Counted from the first letter of the stretch, positions 51,646 to 63,439 are shown. The stretch: DNA of 64,000 nucleotides from an uncultured delta proteobacterium (GCA_963696385.1 CAVOKF010000005.1:160001-224000), one strand, 5' to 3'. The notes: generated by a model not told the origin, from the letters alone. A program made the numbers and translations.

Positions 51646-51785
51646 TGCGACTCCTTGTAAGATATGGATATTGTTCGTAAATTCGGCGCATACGGCAACT
51701 CGAAGCGGTGTCTTTGCTGCCACAATGTGCGATGGTAGTGGGGCATCGTATGCCATGGCCAAGTTTAATGGATGGCTCCCGCTAA

Positions 51786-52307
51786 CTAAGCGACAGAGCC
51801 CTCCACATACCGGCGACACGCCCACTCGTGCATGACGATCCCAGCGGCAACGGCGACGGGTAAGGAGTGGTTCACTCCATAGATGGGAATCCCGATGACC
51901 TCCTGAGCGCTACGAAGGATCGCGGCGGGAAGCCCAAACCGTTCACTGCCGAATGCGAAGACCACGCCTCGGGGGAACGCCCGGACCGATCGGATGGATC
52001 GCCGCGCATGATCCTTCTCGATCGCCCACAGCGGCCGGTCGCGGAGGCTATGGAGAAGCTGTGTAGCGTCTGCAAGACGCCGGATGGTCTCGTACTTCTC
52101 CATCCCCATGGAGGCTTTTGCGTACCAGCTCCCGCCACCGACAACGAACACTTCGCGCGCCAGAAAGCTATGGGCGATCCGGATGACCGCCCCGACGGCA
52201 AACGCGTTGCCAGGCGACACCAGAGCAACCGAAAAATCATTGCGAATGGGCTCGAGCGCGGCTCGCACCGCGTCAGGCGACATATCAAGAGGCGTCTCGA
52301 GCGCCAT
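51786..52307 (-). CDS. TrmH/SpoU family RNA methyltransferase
   Basis: [30 protein letters not shown]. Confidence 0.85.
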   Translation of the reverse strand: MALETPLDMSPDAVRAALEPIRNDFSVALVSPGNAFAVGAVIRIAHSFLAREVFVVGGGSWYAKASMGMEKYETIRRLADATQLLHSLRDRPLWAIEKDHARRSIRSVRAFPRGVVFAFGSERFGLPAAILRSAQEVIGIPIYGVNHSLPVAVAAGIVMHEWACRRYVEGSVA

Positions 52308-52319
52308 AGCCCGGCAGGC

Positions 52320-52347
52320 TTGACAGACCCTGGCTTACAAGTAAAGT
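52320..52347 (+). promoter_or_regulatory. str operon promoter
   Basis: TTGACA-16-TAAAGT plus GC-rich discriminator upstream of rpsL. Confidence 0.7.
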
Positions 52348-52418
52348 GCGCCTCCCTCTCCGCCTGGGGACAGCCTGCCTGCGCCCTCTGTCAGAGCCCC
52401 TGCGAGACGACGAACCCG

Positions 52419-52817
52419 ATGCCCACGATCGACCAACTCATACGCCACGGCCGAATTGCTGCGCGGGTTAAGACCGCCTCGCCGGCTCTCCGTGCTTGTC
52501 CTCAAAAACGGGGGGTTTGTGTTCGTGTCTACACAACGACCCCGAAGAAGCCGAACTCGGCGCTTCGGAAGGTCTGCCGTGTGCGCCTTACGAACGGCAT
52601 GGAGGTCACGTCGTATATTCCGGGCGAAGGCCACAACCTCCAAGAGCACTCGGTCGTCCTCATCCGAGGCGGCCGGGTCAAGGATCTTCCAGGGGTCCGC
52701 TACCACGTTGTGCGCGGGACGCTCGACGCGTCAGGCGCCATAGGGCCCTCCTCGACCAACAAAGTGAATCGCAACCGCAAGCGCTCCAAATACGGGGTGA
52801 AGCGCCCCAAGGCTTGA
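52419..52817 (+). CDS. rpsL: 30S ribosomal protein S12
   Basis: [30 protein letters not shown]. Confidence 0.98.
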   Translation: MPTIDQLIRHGRIAARVKTASPALRACPQKRGVCVRVYTTTPKKPNSALRKVCRVRLTNGMEVTSYIPGEGHNLQEHSVVLIRGGRVKDLPGVRYHVVRGTLDASGAIGPSSTNKVNRNRKRSKYGVKRPKA

Positions 52818-52877
52818 TGCTGCGTGGAGCGTCCACGCTTCAGCGATAACAAAAAGCTCCAATCCGAGAGAAGACCG

Positions 52878-53348
52878 ATGCCTCGTCGCCGCGAAGTGCC
52901 GAAACGCCGCATTATCCCTGATCCAAAATTCAAGGACAAGCTCGTCACGAAATTCACCAATACACTCATGCTCGAGGGCAAGAAGTCCACCGCGGAAGGC
53001 ATTCTCTACGGCGCTCTCGACGTCATTCGCGACCGATTCAAGGAGGAGCCCCTCGATGTGTTTCGTAAGGCTCTCGACAACGTCAAGCCAAAGCTCGAGG
53101 TGAAGAGTCGGCGCGTCGGCGGCGCTACGTATCAGGTGCCCGTCGAGGTCCGGCCGGAACGGCGCGTGACCCTCGCGATGCGTTGGCTGGTCGCCTACGC
53201 ACGTGATCGGGGAGAAAAAACGATGCGAGAGCGGCTCGCCGCAGAGTTCGTTGACGCGGCCAACGGGCGCGGAAACGCAGTCAAAAAGAAGGACGATACC
53301 CACAAAATGGCCGAGGCCAATAAAGCCTTCGCGCACTATCGCTGGTAA
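52878..53348 (+). CDS. rpsG: 30S ribosomal protein S7
   Basis: [29 protein letters not shown]. Confidence 0.98.
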   Translation: MPRRREVPKRRIIPDPKFKDKLVTKFTNTLMLEGKKSTAEGILYGALDVIRDRFKEEPLDVFRKALDNVKPKLEVKSRRVGGATYQVPVEVRPERRVTLAMRWLVAYARDRGEKTMRERLAAEFVDAANGRGNAVKKKDDTHKMAEANKAFAHYRW

Positions 53349-53361
53349 GCGCGCCGGCAGC

Positions 53362-53582
53362 ACCCGATCCCCACAAACCGAGGAGCTCGATCGATTCACA
53401 TGACGCAACCGACATAAGGATCGGGTCACGCTTCGCCGTCCGGCTCCGCCGGGCGCCTTAACGCCGTGCCCCGACACCCTCTCCGGACCAGCCGCAGATC
53501 ACGCACCTGCGGCGCCTCCCCAAAGCGCGGGGAAGCAGGCCGGAGGGGGTTTCGTGCATTCACGCCACGAGGCGAAGTGCAC
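53362..53582 (+). ncRNA. Candidate structured RNA in the rpsG-fusA spacer
   Basis: Several long nested helices (see findings). Confidence 0.4.
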
Positions 53583-53647
53583 CGTGCGAATTGAAACGTG
53601 TTCCGTCCTGGCGCCGTTGCGCCCAACGATGAATTGGAGAGGTTTCC

Positions 53648-55765
53648 GTGGCTCGTGAGTACCCGCTGGAGAGGACGCGCAACATCGGCATCATGGCCCA
53701 CATTGATGCCGGCAAAACGACGACCACCGAGCGCGTCCTTTACTACACGGGCGTCAACTACAAAATAGGCGAGGTCCATGAAGGCGCCGCGACGATGGAT
53801 TACATGATTCAGGAGCAGGAGCGCGGCATCACCATCACTTCGGCCGCGACCAACTGCTTCTGGCGCCCGGTGGACGGGCCGTGGGGGGGAATCAGCCATC
53901 GGGTGAACATCATCGATACGCCGGGTCACGTCGACTTCACGATCGAGGTTGAACGCTCGCTGCGCGTCCTTGACGGCGCGGTTGCGGTGTTCGACGGGGG
54001 CAACGGGGTTGAACCACAGAGCGAAACCGTTTGGCGCCAAGCGGACAAGTACAACGTTCCCCGCATAGCGTTCATGAACAAAATGGACAAAGTGGGCGCC
54101 GACTTCCTCATGTGCGTCAACAGCATGAGGGAAAGACTCGGGACCAACCCCGTCCCGATTCAGTGGCCTCTCGGTGAAGAAGATCGGCACAAAGGAATTA
54201 TCGACCTCATCCGCATGAAGGCAGCCGTCTTCGACGACGAGTCGAAGGGGCAAAAGTTCGATTGGGTCGACATCCCCGCCGATCTCAAACCGATCGCCCA
54301 GGAGTGGCACGATAGGTTGATCGAATCGTGTGCCGACTCGGACGATGAGATCATGGCGCTTTACCTCGACGGTCACCCGGAGAAGGTGACGGACGCGATG
54401 ATTCATCGGGCCGTTCGGCACGGCACGATCAACTTCAAACTCGTTCCCGTCATATGCGGTTCCGCATTCAAGAACAAGGGTGTCCAGATGTTGCTCGACG
54501 CAGTCGTCAACTACCTGCCGTCACCTGTCGATATCCCACCCGTCACGGGGGTCGATCCTACGAAGAAGGACAAGCCTCAGGCCGTCCGCAAAGCATCGGA
54601 CGACGAGCCGTTCAGCGCGCTGGCGTTCAAGATTATCAATGACCCGCACGGCAACTTGACCTTTTTTCGCGTCTACTCTGGGCACGTCGGCAGTGGGACG
54701 ATGGTACTCAATTCGTCACGTGATAAGCGCGAGCGCATCGGGCGCATCCTCCGTATGCATGCCAACAAGCGCGAGGAGGTCCAAGAAGCGGACGCGGGTA
54801 ACATCTTCGCGGCGGTGGGCCTCCGCGACACTCGCACCGGCGATACACTCACGGACGAGAAGCACCCCATTCTGCTGGAGCAGATGATCTTTCCGGAGCC
54901 CGTCATCTCGATCGCAATTGAGCCCAAGACGAAGGCCGACGTTGAGAAGCTTGGCGTGAGCCTCCAGAAGCTCGCGCAGGAGGACCCGTCGTTCCGCGCT
55001 CACACCGACGAGGAGTCGGGGCAGACGATCATCAGCGGCATGGGCGAGTTGCATCTGGAGATCATCGTCGATCGGTTGAAGCGGGAGTTCAAAGTCGAAT
55101 CGAATGTCGGCAAGCCGGAAGTTGCGTTTCGGGAGACGATTACCAAAAAACAAGACGGTGAGTACAAGTACGCAAAGCAGTCCGGTGGGCGCGGTCAATA
55201 CGGCCACGTACTCATGGAAATCGAGCCGGCCGAGCGGGGCTCCGGTTTTGTCTTCGAGAACGACATTGTCGGTGGCGTCATCCCCAAGGAGTTCATCCCG
55301 GCCATCGAAAAGGGCGTGCGAGAAGCGATGAGGCGGGGGGTCCTGGCCGGGTTCCCCGTCGTGGACATGAAGGCGCGCTTGTACGACGGCAGCTACCATG
55401 ACGTGGACTCGAGCGCGCAAGCGTTCGAAGTCGCAGGGTCGCTCTGCTTCCAAGAAGCGGCGAGACGGGCGGGCCTCGTACTCCTCGAGCCGATAATGAA
55501 GATTGAGGTTGTCGTCCCCGAGCAGTACATGGGCGACGTCATCGGCGACCTTAACGCTCGTCGTGGGCGGATCTTGGGAATGAGTCAACGCGGCAATGCG
55601 CAGGTCATCGACGCAGAGGTTCCGCTCGCCACGATGTTCGGGTACGTGACCGACCTTCGCTCGATGACACAGGGTCGTGGGACGTCCACGATGCAGTTCG
55701 CCAATTACTCGCCGGTGCCTTCTGCGATCCAGGAGGAGCTCGTGGCGAAGGTAAAGGGTACCTGA
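53648..55765 (+). CDS. fusA: Elongation factor G
   Basis: [32 protein letters not shown]. Confidence 0.98.
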   Translation: MAREYPLERTRNIGIMAHIDAGKTTTTERVLYYTGVNYKIGEVHEGAATMDYMIQEQERGITITSAATNCFWRPVDGPWGGISHRVNIIDTPGHVDFTIEVERSLRVLDGAVAVFDGGNGVEPQSETVWRQADKYNVPRIAFMNKMDKVGADFLMCVNSMRERLGTNPVPIQWPLGEEDRHKGIIDLIRMKAAVFDDESKGQKFDWVDIPADLKPIAQEWHDRLIESCADSDDEIMALYLDGHPEKVTDAMIHRAVRHGTINFKLVPVICGSAFKNKGVQMLLDAVVNYLPSPVDIPPVTGVDPTKKDKPQAVRKASDDEPFSALAFKIINDPHGNLTFFRVYSGHVGSGTMVLNSSRDKRERIGRILRMHANKREEVQEADAGNIFAAVGLRDTRTGDTLTDEKHPILLEQMIFPEPVISIAIEPKTKADVEKLGVSLQKLAQEDPSFRAHTDEESGQTIISGMGELHLEIIVDRLKREFKVESNVGKPEVAFRETITKKQDGEYKYAKQSGGRGQYGHVLMEIEPAERGSGFVFENDIVGGVIPKEFIPAIEKGVREAMRRGVLAGFPVVDMKARLYDGSYHDVDSSAQAFEVAGSLCFQEAARRAGLVLLEPIMKIEVVVPEQYMGDVIGDLNARRGRILGMSQRGNAQVIDAEVPLATMFGYVTDLRSMTQGRGTSTMQFANYSPVPSAIQEELVAKVKGT

Positions 55766-55807
55766 GAAACTTGTATTCCAGCGAATTCGAAAGAGAGAGA
55801 ACGCGTC

Positions 55808-56998
55808 ATGGCCAAGGAGAAGTTCGTACGCAGCAAGCCGCACGTGAACGTGGGGACGATCGGTCACATTGACCACGGGAAGACGACGCTGACGGCGGCG
55901 CTGGTGAAGGTGCAGTCGAAGAAGGGTCTTGCGAAGGTCATCAGCTACAAGGACATCGCGAAGGGTGGGACGGTACGCGACGAGACGAAGACGGTGACGA
56001 TTGCGGTGGCGCACGTGGAGTACGAGAGCGACAAGCGTCACTACGCGCACGTCGATTGTCCGGGTCACGCGGACTACATCAAGAACATGATCACGGGTGC
56101 GGCGCAGATGGACGGTGCGATTCTGGTGGTGAGCGCACTGGACAGCGTGATGCCGCAGACCCGCGAGCACGTTTTGTTGGCGCGTCAAGTGGGTTTGAAC
56201 CACATCGTTGTATTTTTGAACAAGTGCGACGCGGTGGACGACGCGGAGATGCTGGACCTGGTCGAGATGGAGGTCCGAGAGCTTCTGAACAAGTACAAGT
56301 TCGATGGCGACAACGCGACGGTCATCCGTGGTGCGGCGCTACCGGCGCTCAACGGAGACCCGAAGTGGGAAAAATCGATCGACGAGTTGATCGTGGCGCT
56401 GGACGGTCGGATTCCCGACCCGATCCGCGACATCGATAAGCCGTTTTTGATGGCCGTAGAGGACGTATTTTCAATCAAGGGCCGCGGAACGGTGGCGACG
56501 GGTCGAGTCGAGCGCGGGATCGTGAAAGTTCAAGAAGAAGTCGAACTGATCGGATTTGCCGATACACGCAAACTCGTCGTGACGGGCGTGGAGATGTTTC
56601 GCAAGCTCCTGGACCAGGGTCAGGCGGGCGACAACATCGGAGTCTTGCTTCGCGGGATCGAGAAACACGAGATCGAGCGGGGTCAGATTCTGGCCAAGCC
56701 CGGCAGTGTCACGCCGCACACGAAGTTCGAGGGCGAAGTGTACGTGCTCAAAAAGGAGGAAGGAGGCCGGCATACGCCATTCTTCACCAACTACCGCCCG
56801 CAGTTTTACATGCGCACGACCGACGTGACCGGTACCGTGGCACTTCCCGAAGGAACCAAAATGGTCATGCCGGGCGATAACACCAAGATGATCATCGAGC
56901 TCATCACTCCCGTGGCGCTCGAAGAGCAACAGCGGTTCGCCATTCGCGAAGGGGGCCGCACCGTAGGCGCCGGAATCGTTACCAAAATCCTTCAGTAG
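55808..56998 (+). CDS. tuf: Elongation factor Tu (copy 2)
   Basis: Protein identical to copy 1; DNA appears identical by inspection. Confidence 0.98.
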   Translation: MAKEKFVRSKPHVNVGTIGHIDHGKTTLTAALVKVQSKKGLAKVISYKDIAKGGTVRDETKTVTIAVAHVEYESDKRHYAHVDCPGHADYIKNMITGAAQMDGAILVVSALDSVMPQTREHVLLARQVGLNHIVVFLNKCDAVDDAEMLDLVEMEVRELLNKYKFDGDNATVIRGAALPALNGDPKWEKSIDELIVALDGRIPDPIRDIDKPFLMAVEDVFSIKGRGTVATGRVERGIVKVQEEVELIGFADTRKLVVTGVEMFRKLLDQGQAGDNIGVLLRGIEKHEIERGQILAKPGSVTPHTKFEGEVYVLKKEEGGRHTPFFTNYRPQFYMRTTDVTGTVALPEGTKMVMPGDNTKMIIELITPVALEEQQRFAIREGGRTVGAGIVTKILQ

Positions 56999-57007
56999 GA
57001 GTGTTTG

Positions 57008-57319
57008 ATGGCCGCGACGACCAAAATTCGCATTCGCCTCAAGGCGTTCGATCACCAGCTGCTAGACAAGTCCGCGAGTGACATCGTCGAGACGGCGAAG
57101 CGCACCGGCGCCCGCGTAGCGGGTCCGATCCCACTGCCCACGCATATCGCGCGATACACGGTCCTCCGCGGTCCGCATGTCGACAAGAAGTCGCGAGAGC
57201 AGTTCGAGATTCGCACGCATAAGCGACTTCTCGACATTCTGGATCCGACGCAACAAACGCTTGATGCGCTGATGAAGCTCGACTTGTCGGCAGGGGTCGA
57301 CGTCGAGATCAAGAGCTAG
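57008..57319 (+). CDS. rpsJ: 30S ribosomal protein S10
   Basis: [29 protein letters not shown]. Confidence 0.98.
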   Translation: MAATTKIRIRLKAFDHQLLDKSASDIVETAKRTGARVAGPIPLPTHIARYTVLRGPHVDKKSREQFEIRTHKRLLDILDPTQQTLDALMKLDLSAGVDVEIKS

Positions 57320-57350
57320 GGGCTCGCGAGAGCACAAGACGAGGCATTCG

Positions 57351-58061
57351 ATGGCAACATTCGACGTCTTTAACATGAAGCGCGAGAAGGTCGGCTCGGT
57401 CGACCTATCGGACGAAGTGTTTGGGACTGCGGTCAGAGAGCACCTCTTTTACGAGGTGGTGAAGGCCCAGCTCGCTTCCAAGCGACAGGGCACGCAGTCC
57501 GGAAAGAACCGCTCTGCGGTGAGCGGTAGCACCAAGAAACTCTACAAGCAGAAGGGGACCGGCCGCGCGAGGCACGGATCGATCCGCGCACCGATTTACG
57601 TTGGCGGCGGCCGGGCACATCCACCCCGGCCCCGCGATTGGAGCTATGACCCGCCTCGTCGCGTGCGGGCCCTCGCCCTGGCGAGTGCACTGTCGAAGTT
57701 CGGCAAAGAAGGCCGGATTTTGGTCGTCGATCGCTTTGAGCTTTCGGAGTTCAAAACGAAGAAGCTCATCGAAGTGCTCGAGACCCTTCAGGCGAAGAAG
57801 AAAACCTTAGTCGTGGATTCGGCAGAAAACGAGAAGCTTCGGCTGTCGATACGCAACTGCGAGCATCATCAGTTCTTGCCGCCCGAAGGGGTCAACGTCT
57901 ACGACATTTTGCGCCACGATACGGTGATCCTCTCGCGCGAGGCCGCGCAGGCGCTCGAGACGCGCTGCCTCAAGCAAGTTTCCTCTCATGGGGAGCGACG
58001 TGCCGCGGCGGACTCCGACCAAGGGGCCGGCACCATCCAGTCCGAGCGAGGTGCGGCGTGA
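57351..58061 (+). CDS. rplD: 50S ribosomal protein L4
   Basis: KQKGTGRARHGS, GGGRAH, GVNVYDIL. Confidence 0.97.
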   Translation: MATFDVFNMKREKVGSVDLSDEVFGTAVREHLFYEVVKAQLASKRQGTQSGKNRSAVSGSTKKLYKQKGTGRARHGSIRAPIYVGGGRAHPPRPRDWSYDPPRRVRALALASALSKFGKEGRILVVDRFELSEFKTKKLIEVLETLQAKKKTLVVDSAENEKLRLSIRNCEHHQFLPPEGVNVYDILRHDTVILSREAAQALETRCLKQVSSHGERRAAADSDQGAGTIQSERGAA

Positions 58062-58366
58062 CACCCGAGCAAATCATCCGTAGGCCGATCGTCTTGACGG
58101 AGAAGGCGAATCTTCTGCGCGAGAAGCACAATCAGTTCGTTTTCGAGGTCGCCCGGACCGCGAATAAGGTGGAAATCAAGCAGGCCGTGCAGAAGTTGTT
58201 CAATGTGCGCGTCACCGACGTGAACACGATGGTGCTGCGTGGCAAGGATCGCCGAATGGGTCGCGGATACGCAAAAACGCAAAATTGGAAGAAAGCGATC
58301 GTGACCCTCAAAAAAGGTGACTCGATTGACTTTTTCGCCGACGCGCCCTCGGCGGCCGGAGCATAG
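58058..58366 (+). CDS. rplW: 50S ribosomal protein L23
   Basis: TEKA, ANKVEIKQAV, WKKAIVTL. Confidence 0.97.
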   Translation: MTPEQIIRRPIVLTEKANLLREKHNQFVFEVARTANKVEIKQAVQKLFNVRVTDVNTMVLRGKDRRMGRGYAKTQNWKKAIVTLKKGDSIDFFADAPSAAGA

Positions 58367-58382
58367 GTACGGGTGAGGACCC

Positions 58383-59216
58383 ATGGCCATTAAGAACTTC
58401 AAGCCGACTTCGCCAGCTCGCCGTTACTACTCGGTCTCCGATTTTCAGGAGCTCACCAAGAGTGCGACGCCGCACCGTCCCCTGCTAGACCATCAGACGA
58501 GGAGTGGCGGCCGAAACAACTTCGGACGCATCACCTCTCGGTTTCGCGGTGGGGGTCACAAGCAGCGTTACCGAATCATCGATTGGAAGCGCGAGAAGAT
58601 CGGCGTGCCGGCTGTCGTTGCGACTATCGAATACGATCCGAACCGAACCGCGCGCATCGCGCTCCTGCACTATGCCGACGGGGAGAAAAGGTACATCTTG
58701 TGTCCGGATGGAATGAAGGTAGGTGACAGGGTCGTCTCCAGCCGCCACGCGGACATCAAGCCGGGAAACTCGATGTCGCTTCGGCACGTGCCGTTGGGCA
58801 CGATGGTCCACAACATCGAGCTCAAGAAGGGCAAGGGCGCCCAGCTCGTCCGCGCCGCCGGCACGGCGGCGGCGCTCATGGCCAAGGACGGTGACTATGC
58901 GCAGGTCCGCCTGCCCTCCGGCGAGGTGCGCATGGTTCATCTGGAATGCCACGCCACGATCGGACAGGTTTCGAACATCGAGCATGCAAACATTTCGCTG
59001 GGCAAGGCCGGCCGTTCCAGATGGCTCGGCCGACGCCCACACAATCGAGGAGTCACAATGAACCCCGTCGATCACCCGATGGGGGGCGGCGAGGGCCGCA
59101 CATCGGGCGGTCGGCACCCCTGCTCGCCGTGGGGACAGCTCGCCAAGGGCCTCAAGACGCGCAACAACAAGCGGACTGACGGGATGATCGTCAAACGCCG
59201 AGGACAGAAAGGCTAG
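58383..59216 (+). CDS. rplB: 50S ribosomal protein L2
   Basis: [20 protein letters not shown]. Confidence 0.98.
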   Translation: MAIKNFKPTSPARRYYSVSDFQELTKSATPHRPLLDHQTRSGGRNNFGRITSRFRGGGHKQRYRIIDWKREKIGVPAVVATIEYDPNRTARIALLHYADGEKRYILCPDGMKVGDRVVSSRHADIKPGNSMSLRHVPLGTMVHNIELKKGKGAQLVRAAGTAAALMAKDGDYAQVRLPSGEVRMVHLECHATIGQVSNIEHANISLGKAGRSRWLGRRPHNRGVTMNPVDHPMGGGEGRTSGGRHPCSPWGQLAKGLKTRNNKRTDGMIVKRRGQKG

Positions 59217-59227
59217 GGCTCACAACG

Positions 59228-59572
59228 ATGGCTCGTTCCGTCAAAAAGGGTCCGTTCGTAGACGGTCATCTCGCCGAGAAAATCGCGTCGGCGCAAGCTG
59301 CTCAAAGCAAAAAAGTCATCAAGACCTGGTCGCGGCGGAGCACGATTACGCCGGACGCCGTCGGACTCACCTTTGCCGTTCACAATGGGCGGAAATTCGT
59401 CCCGGTCTTCGTGACCGAGAACATGGTGGGCCACAAGCTGGGAGAGTTCGCGCCCACCCGCACGTTTCACGGGCACTCGGGCGACAAGAAGTCGAAGGTC
59501 GCTTCGGCCGCCGGTGGTGCTTCCGGCGCAGGCGCCAGGCCGGCCCCCGGCGGCGGCGGCGCGAAGAGGTGA
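59228..59572 (+). CDS. rpsS: 30S ribosomal protein S19
   Basis: [19 protein letters not shown]. Confidence 0.98.
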   Translation: MARSVKKGPFVDGHLAEKIASAQAAQSKKVIKTWSRRSTITPDAVGLTFAVHNGRKFVPVFVTENMVGHKLGEFAPTRTFHGHSGDKKSKVASAAGGASGAGARPAPGGGGAKR

Positions 59573-59687
59573 CCCGCGCCGGACCTCCTCCCCCGCCGAG
59601 CCTACGCGGGCCAGGCTGGCTGACGAGCGCTCGATGCGGTCCGTTCAGCCGGAAGTGGCAGTTTCTCAAGCTAACCGCAGTTTTTAC

Positions 59688-59715
59688 TTGCACGTTGTGG
59701 GCTTGCGATTAAACT
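59688..59715 (+). promoter_or_regulatory. Internal promoter upstream of rplV
   Basis: TTGCAC-16-TAAACT in the 282-nt rpsS-rplV spacer. Confidence 0.6.
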
Positions 59716-59854
59716 ACGCGTCCCCGTTCCCCCATTGGGGTCTGTCAGAGACAGCTTTCAGCAACTCGGCAATCGTTCAGGTGTCCGTAACGGCCCGTGC
59801 TCCGAGCATTAGGCTCGATGCCCGTGGGTACGACGGTCGCAAGAGGGCCCGACC

Positions 59855-60196
59855 ATGGTCAGTAAGGCAATTGCGCGATTTACGCGGATTAGTCCGCGCA
59901 AGGCGCGCGTCATCGTCGATCTCGTCCGCGGTCGCCAGGCAGGCGAGGCGCTTCAAGTTCTCGAGTTCACCCATCGCTCGGCGGCCCCGATCGTAAAGAA
60001 ACTCATCGAGAGCGCCGTCGCGAACGCGAAAACGCAGAGTCCCGGAGTGGATCTCGATAGCCTTTTTGTCGAGACCGCGTTTGTTGACAAGGCGCCGAAC
60101 AAGCACATGCGTCGCTGGCGGCCTCGTGCGATGGGGCGCGCGACGCGCGTTCAAAAAGGCCTCAGCCACATCACCATCATTCTTGCTGAGCGATAA
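59855..60196 (+). CDS. rplV: 50S ribosomal protein L22
   Basis: SPRKAR, SAVANA, PRAMGRA, SHITI. Confidence 0.98.
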   Translation: MVSKAIARFTRISPRKARVIVDLVRGRQAGEALQVLEFTHRSAAPIVKKLIESAVANAKTQSPGVDLDSLFVETAFVDKAPNKHMRRWRPRAMGRATRVQKGLSHITIILAER

Positions 60197-60211
60197 GGGA
60201 CACGCAAAATC

Positions 60212-60907
60212 ATGGGTCAGAAGGTCCACCCCTACGGCTTTCGTTTGGGCGTTATCAAAACTTGGAATTCCAAGTGGTTCGAGGACAAGGCCTACGCGAA
60301 GTGGCTGCACGAAGACATCCGCGTCAAGCGGGCGGTGAAGGAATACCTCCAGAATGCCGGCATCGCGGGGGTCGAGATCGAGCGTGCTGCCAACAAGTGC
60401 AAGGTCATCGTCTTCACGGCGCGGCCGGGGATGGTCATCGGCAAGGGCGGCAAGGGAATCGAAACCCTAAAGACGGGGAATCTGAAGACTGCAGCAAAAG
60501 GCGAGACGCTTTTCCCTGGCGTCCAATCGTTCACCGACAATGAAGTCTTCATCGATGTTCAAGAAGTTCGCAAAGCCGAGACGGCAGCGCAGTTGGTGGC
60601 CGAGAACATCGCCACGCAACTCGAACGCCGTGTCGCTTTCCGTCGGGCGATGAAGAAGGCTCTCTCAACCGCCATGAAATTCGGTGCAAAGGGCATCCGC
60701 ATTCGCTGTTCTGGGCGTTTGGGTGGCAGCGAGATGAGTCGCGTCGAGACCTATCGGGAAGGACGGGTTCCGCTTCACACCCTGCGCGCGGACATCGAGT
60801 TCGGCATGGCCGAGGCGCGCACGAAGTATGGGATCATCGGGGTTAAGGTCTGGGTCTTCAAGGGCGAGGTATTGCAGCGCCGCAACCGTCGCCCTCAACT
60901 CGGTTAA
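60212..60907 (+). CDS. rpsC: 30S ribosomal protein S3
   Basis: [19 protein letters not shown]. Confidence 0.98.
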   Translation: MGQKVHPYGFRLGVIKTWNSKWFEDKAYAKWLHEDIRVKRAVKEYLQNAGIAGVEIERAANKCKVIVFTARPGMVIGKGGKGIETLKTGNLKTAAKGETLFPGVQSFTDNEVFIDVQEVRKAETAAQLVAENIATQLERRVAFRRAMKKALSTAMKFGAKGIRIRCSGRLGGSEMSRVETYREGRVPLHTLRADIEFGMAEARTKYGIIGVKVWVFKGEVLQRRNRRPQLG

Positions 60908-60927
60908 TTCGGTCGGAGTCTTGAGAG

Positions 60928-61344
60928 ATGCTCTCGCCCAAGCGCACCAAATATCGTAAGGCCCAAAAGGGCAACAACCGAGGCATGGCCCGTCGTGGCA
61001 GTGACGTGTCGTTCGGCGATTTCGCAATGCAGGCCACGGAGACCGGACGCGTGACCGCGCGTCAGATCGAAGCCGCGCGCATGGCCATTACCCGACACGT
61101 CAAACGCGCTGGCAAGCTTTGGATTCGGGTCTTCCCCGACCGCCCGGTGACCAAGAAGCCTCTTGAGGTGCGCATGGGAGGCGGCAAAGGTGCGGTCGAG
61201 GAGTGGGCCGCCGAAGTTCTACCGGGTCGGGTGCTGTACGAGCTCGCGGGTGTGGACGAAACCACGGCACGCGAAGCGTTTCGGCTTGCGGGGCACAAGC
61301 TTCCGGTCGCGGTGAAATTCCTCTCACGCGGAGAGATCGCATGA
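60928..61344 (+). CDS. rplP: 50S ribosomal protein L16
   Basis: [15 protein letters not shown]. Confidence 0.98.
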   Translation: MLSPKRTKYRKAQKGNNRGMARRGSDVSFGDFAMQATETGRVTARQIEAARMAITRHVKRAGKLWIRVFPDRPVTKKPLEVRMGGGKGAVEEWAAEVLPGRVLYELAGVDETTAREAFRLAGHKLPVAVKFLSRGEIA

Positions 61345-61691
61345 AGGCATCCGATTTACGTCAGAAAGCCGCAGACGACTTGGTCGATCTCCAGAAGTCG
61401 CTCGTGCGCGATGTGTTTCAGAACCGGCTGAAGAACTTCACCAATCGGCTCGACGACACGAGCGCGATTCGCAAGACCAGGCGGGAGCTGGCACGGGTTC
61501 TCACGCTCCTTCGGGAGCGCGACGCGAACAATCCCGCCACGACCTCGTCGGCCGACAAGGCGCCGAAGCCGGTCGAAGCAAACGGGCGCGTGGGCGAGGC
61601 GGCGCGGCTGAGGTTGAAAGACGCAGCTCCGGCCGAGGGCGCGCGAAGCCGCCAGACGGGCGCTGAGAAGATCGAGGTCAAGTCACCATGA
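61341..61691 (+). CDS. rpmC: 50S ribosomal protein L29 with C-terminal extension
   Basis: [24 protein letters not shown] overlap with rplP. Confidence 0.93.
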   Translation: MKASDLRQKAADDLVDLQKSLVRDVFQNRLKNFTNRLDDTSAIRKTRRELARVLTLLRERDANNPATTSSADKAPKPVEANGRVGEAARLRLKDAAPAEGARSRQTGAEKIEVKSP

Positions 61692-62005
61692 GCGAAAATG
61701 CACCGTCGGTCGGCGCCGGGGAGGTAAGCACCGCGAGCGACCACGAGGGTCACGGGTTCCGCCGCAAAATGACGGGGCGGGTCGTCAGTGCGAAGATGCA
61801 GAAGACGGTCGTCGTCGAAGTCGTCACGCACCGGCGCGACCCCCTTTATGGCAAGTACGTGAGGTCACGAATGCGTTACAAGGCGCATGACCAGAACGGC
61901 GAGTTCAAGCCGGGCGATCAGGTCGAAATCCAGGAGCACCGCCCGATCAGTCGGGACAAGCGCTGGCTAGTCACACGCCTCGTAAAGAAATACGTGGAGG
62001 AGTAG
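61688..62005 (+). CDS. rpsQ: 30S ribosomal protein S17
   Basis: GRVVSAKMQKT, AHD, RPISRDKRW. Confidence 0.97.
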   Translation: MSENAPSVGAGEVSTASDHEGHGFRRKMTGRVVSAKMQKTVVVEVVTHRRDPLYGKYVRSRMRYKAHDQNGEFKPGDQVEIQEHRPISRDKRWLVTRLVKKYVEE

Positions 62006-62011
62006 TCCGCC

Positions 62012-62380
62012 ATGATCCAGATGCGAACGATACTCGAGGTCGCCGACAACTCGGGTGCCAAGCGGGTCCAATGCATCAAGGTGCTTGGCGGATCGCGGCG
62101 ACGCTATGCCGAGATTGGCGACGTAATCGTCGTGTCGATCAAGGAGGCCTTGCCCGGAATGAAGGTCAAGAAGGGCGAAGTCGCACACGCGGTCGTCGTT
62201 CGTATGCGCCATCAGACCTCGCGCGCGGACGGAAGCTACATTCGCTTCGATGAGAACAGCGCGGTTCTCGTCAACAAGGAGCACGAGCCGATCGGGACTC
62301 GCATCTTCGGTCCCGTCGCCCGCGAGCTGCGTGCGAAAAAATTCATGAAGATCATCTCGCTCGCCCCGGAGGTCCTGTGA
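62012..62380 (+). CDS. rplN: 50S ribosomal protein L14
   Basis: [22 protein letters not shown]. Confidence 0.98.
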   Translation: MIQMRTILEVADNSGAKRVQCIKVLGGSRRRYAEIGDVIVVSIKEALPGMKVKKGEVAHAVVVRMRHQTSRADGSYIRFDENSAVLVNKEHEPIGTRIFGPVARELRAKKFMKIISLAPEVL

Positions 62381-62709
62381 TGGCCGAGAGAATCCTCACC
62401 GGCGACACCGTCGTCGTCATCAGTGGAGAAGACGCCGGGAAAACCGGCAAAGTCATTCGATTGTTCCGCGAAGAAGGCCGGGTGCTCGTCCAGGGAGTGA
62501 ACCTCGTGAAGCGCCATACGAAGCCGACGCCGCGAAACCCGTCGGGTGGCATCGTTGAGCGTGAGCAACCGTTTCATGTCTCCAACGTAATGCCGGTGGA
62601 CCCAAAGTCCGGGAAGGGAACACGGGTTCGGTTCAAGGTGCTCGAGAACGGCAACAAGGTTCGAATTGCGGTCAAGAGCGGGGAAGAACTCCCCGTTCCG
62701 TCGGAGTAA
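62380..62709 (+). CDS. rplX: 50S ribosomal protein L24
   Basis: [17 protein letters not shown]. Confidence 0.97.
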   Translation: MAERILTGDTVVVISGEDAGKTGKVIRLFREEGRVLVQGVNLVKRHTKPTPRNPSGGIVEREQPFHVSNVMPVDPKSGKGTRVRFKVLENGNKVRIAVKSGEELPVPSE

Positions 62710-62714
62710 CGCCC

Positions 62715-63410
62715 ATGGCGGATGAGAAGAAGGCCAAAAGCGAGAAGCGCGATCCGTCGAAGCAAAGTGGCAAGGCGGGCAAGGGCGGGGGTCGAAAGGG
62801 CAAAGGAGGGGTGGGGGCCGTTTCGGCCGGCAGTGCGCAAATCGCTGCGTCGACGACGGAAGGGATCGCTCCGCGCCTGTTCGAAAAATATCGCGAGCAC
62901 GTCATTGCGGCCTTGACCAAGCAGTTCCAATACAAGAACCAAATGCAGGTGCCGCGCCTCGAAAAGATCGTCATCAACATGGGCTTGGGGGCGGCGGTCG
63001 CCAACCCGAAGATCATCGACACGGCAGTGGAAGAACTGAAGACGATCAGCGGTCAGAAGCCAGTCGTAACGCGTGCAAGGAAGGCGATCGCCAATTTCAA
63101 ATTGCGCGCCGGCATCCCGATCGGGGCCATGGTCACGCTGCGGCGCGGCCGGATGTGGGAGTTCCTCGACCGGCTCGTCAGCGTGGCGCTGCCGCGGATG
63201 CGTGACTTCAAGGGCATCTCCCGGAAGGCTTTCGACGGCAAGGGTAACTACACGCTCGGCCTCAAGGAACAGATCATCTTCCCCGAGGTCGACTACGACA
63301 AGATCGATGCAATCAAGGGTTTGAACATCAGCTTCGTGACGACGGCAAAGACCGACGAGGAAGGGCGCGCGCTGCTCCAGCAGCTTGGGATGCCCTTTCG
63401 CGCAGCCTGA
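62715..63410 (+). CDS. rplE: 50S ribosomal protein L5 with N-terminal extension
   Basis: KIVINMG, GQKP, FDGKGNY, IFPE. Confidence 0.98.
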   Translation: MADEKKAKSEKRDPSKQSGKAGKGGGRKGKGGVGAVSAGSAQIAASTTEGIAPRLFEKYREHVIAALTKQFQYKNQMQVPRLEKIVINMGLGAAVANPKIIDTAVEELKTISGQKPVVTRARKAIANFKLRAGIPIGAMVTLRRGRMWEFLDRLVSVALPRMRDFKGISRKAFDGKGNYTLGLKEQIIFPEVDYDKIDAIKGLNISFVTTAKTDEEGRALLQQLGMPFRAA

Positions 63411-63439
63411 CGGTCGCTGACGGGACAGAGGAAAGAACG

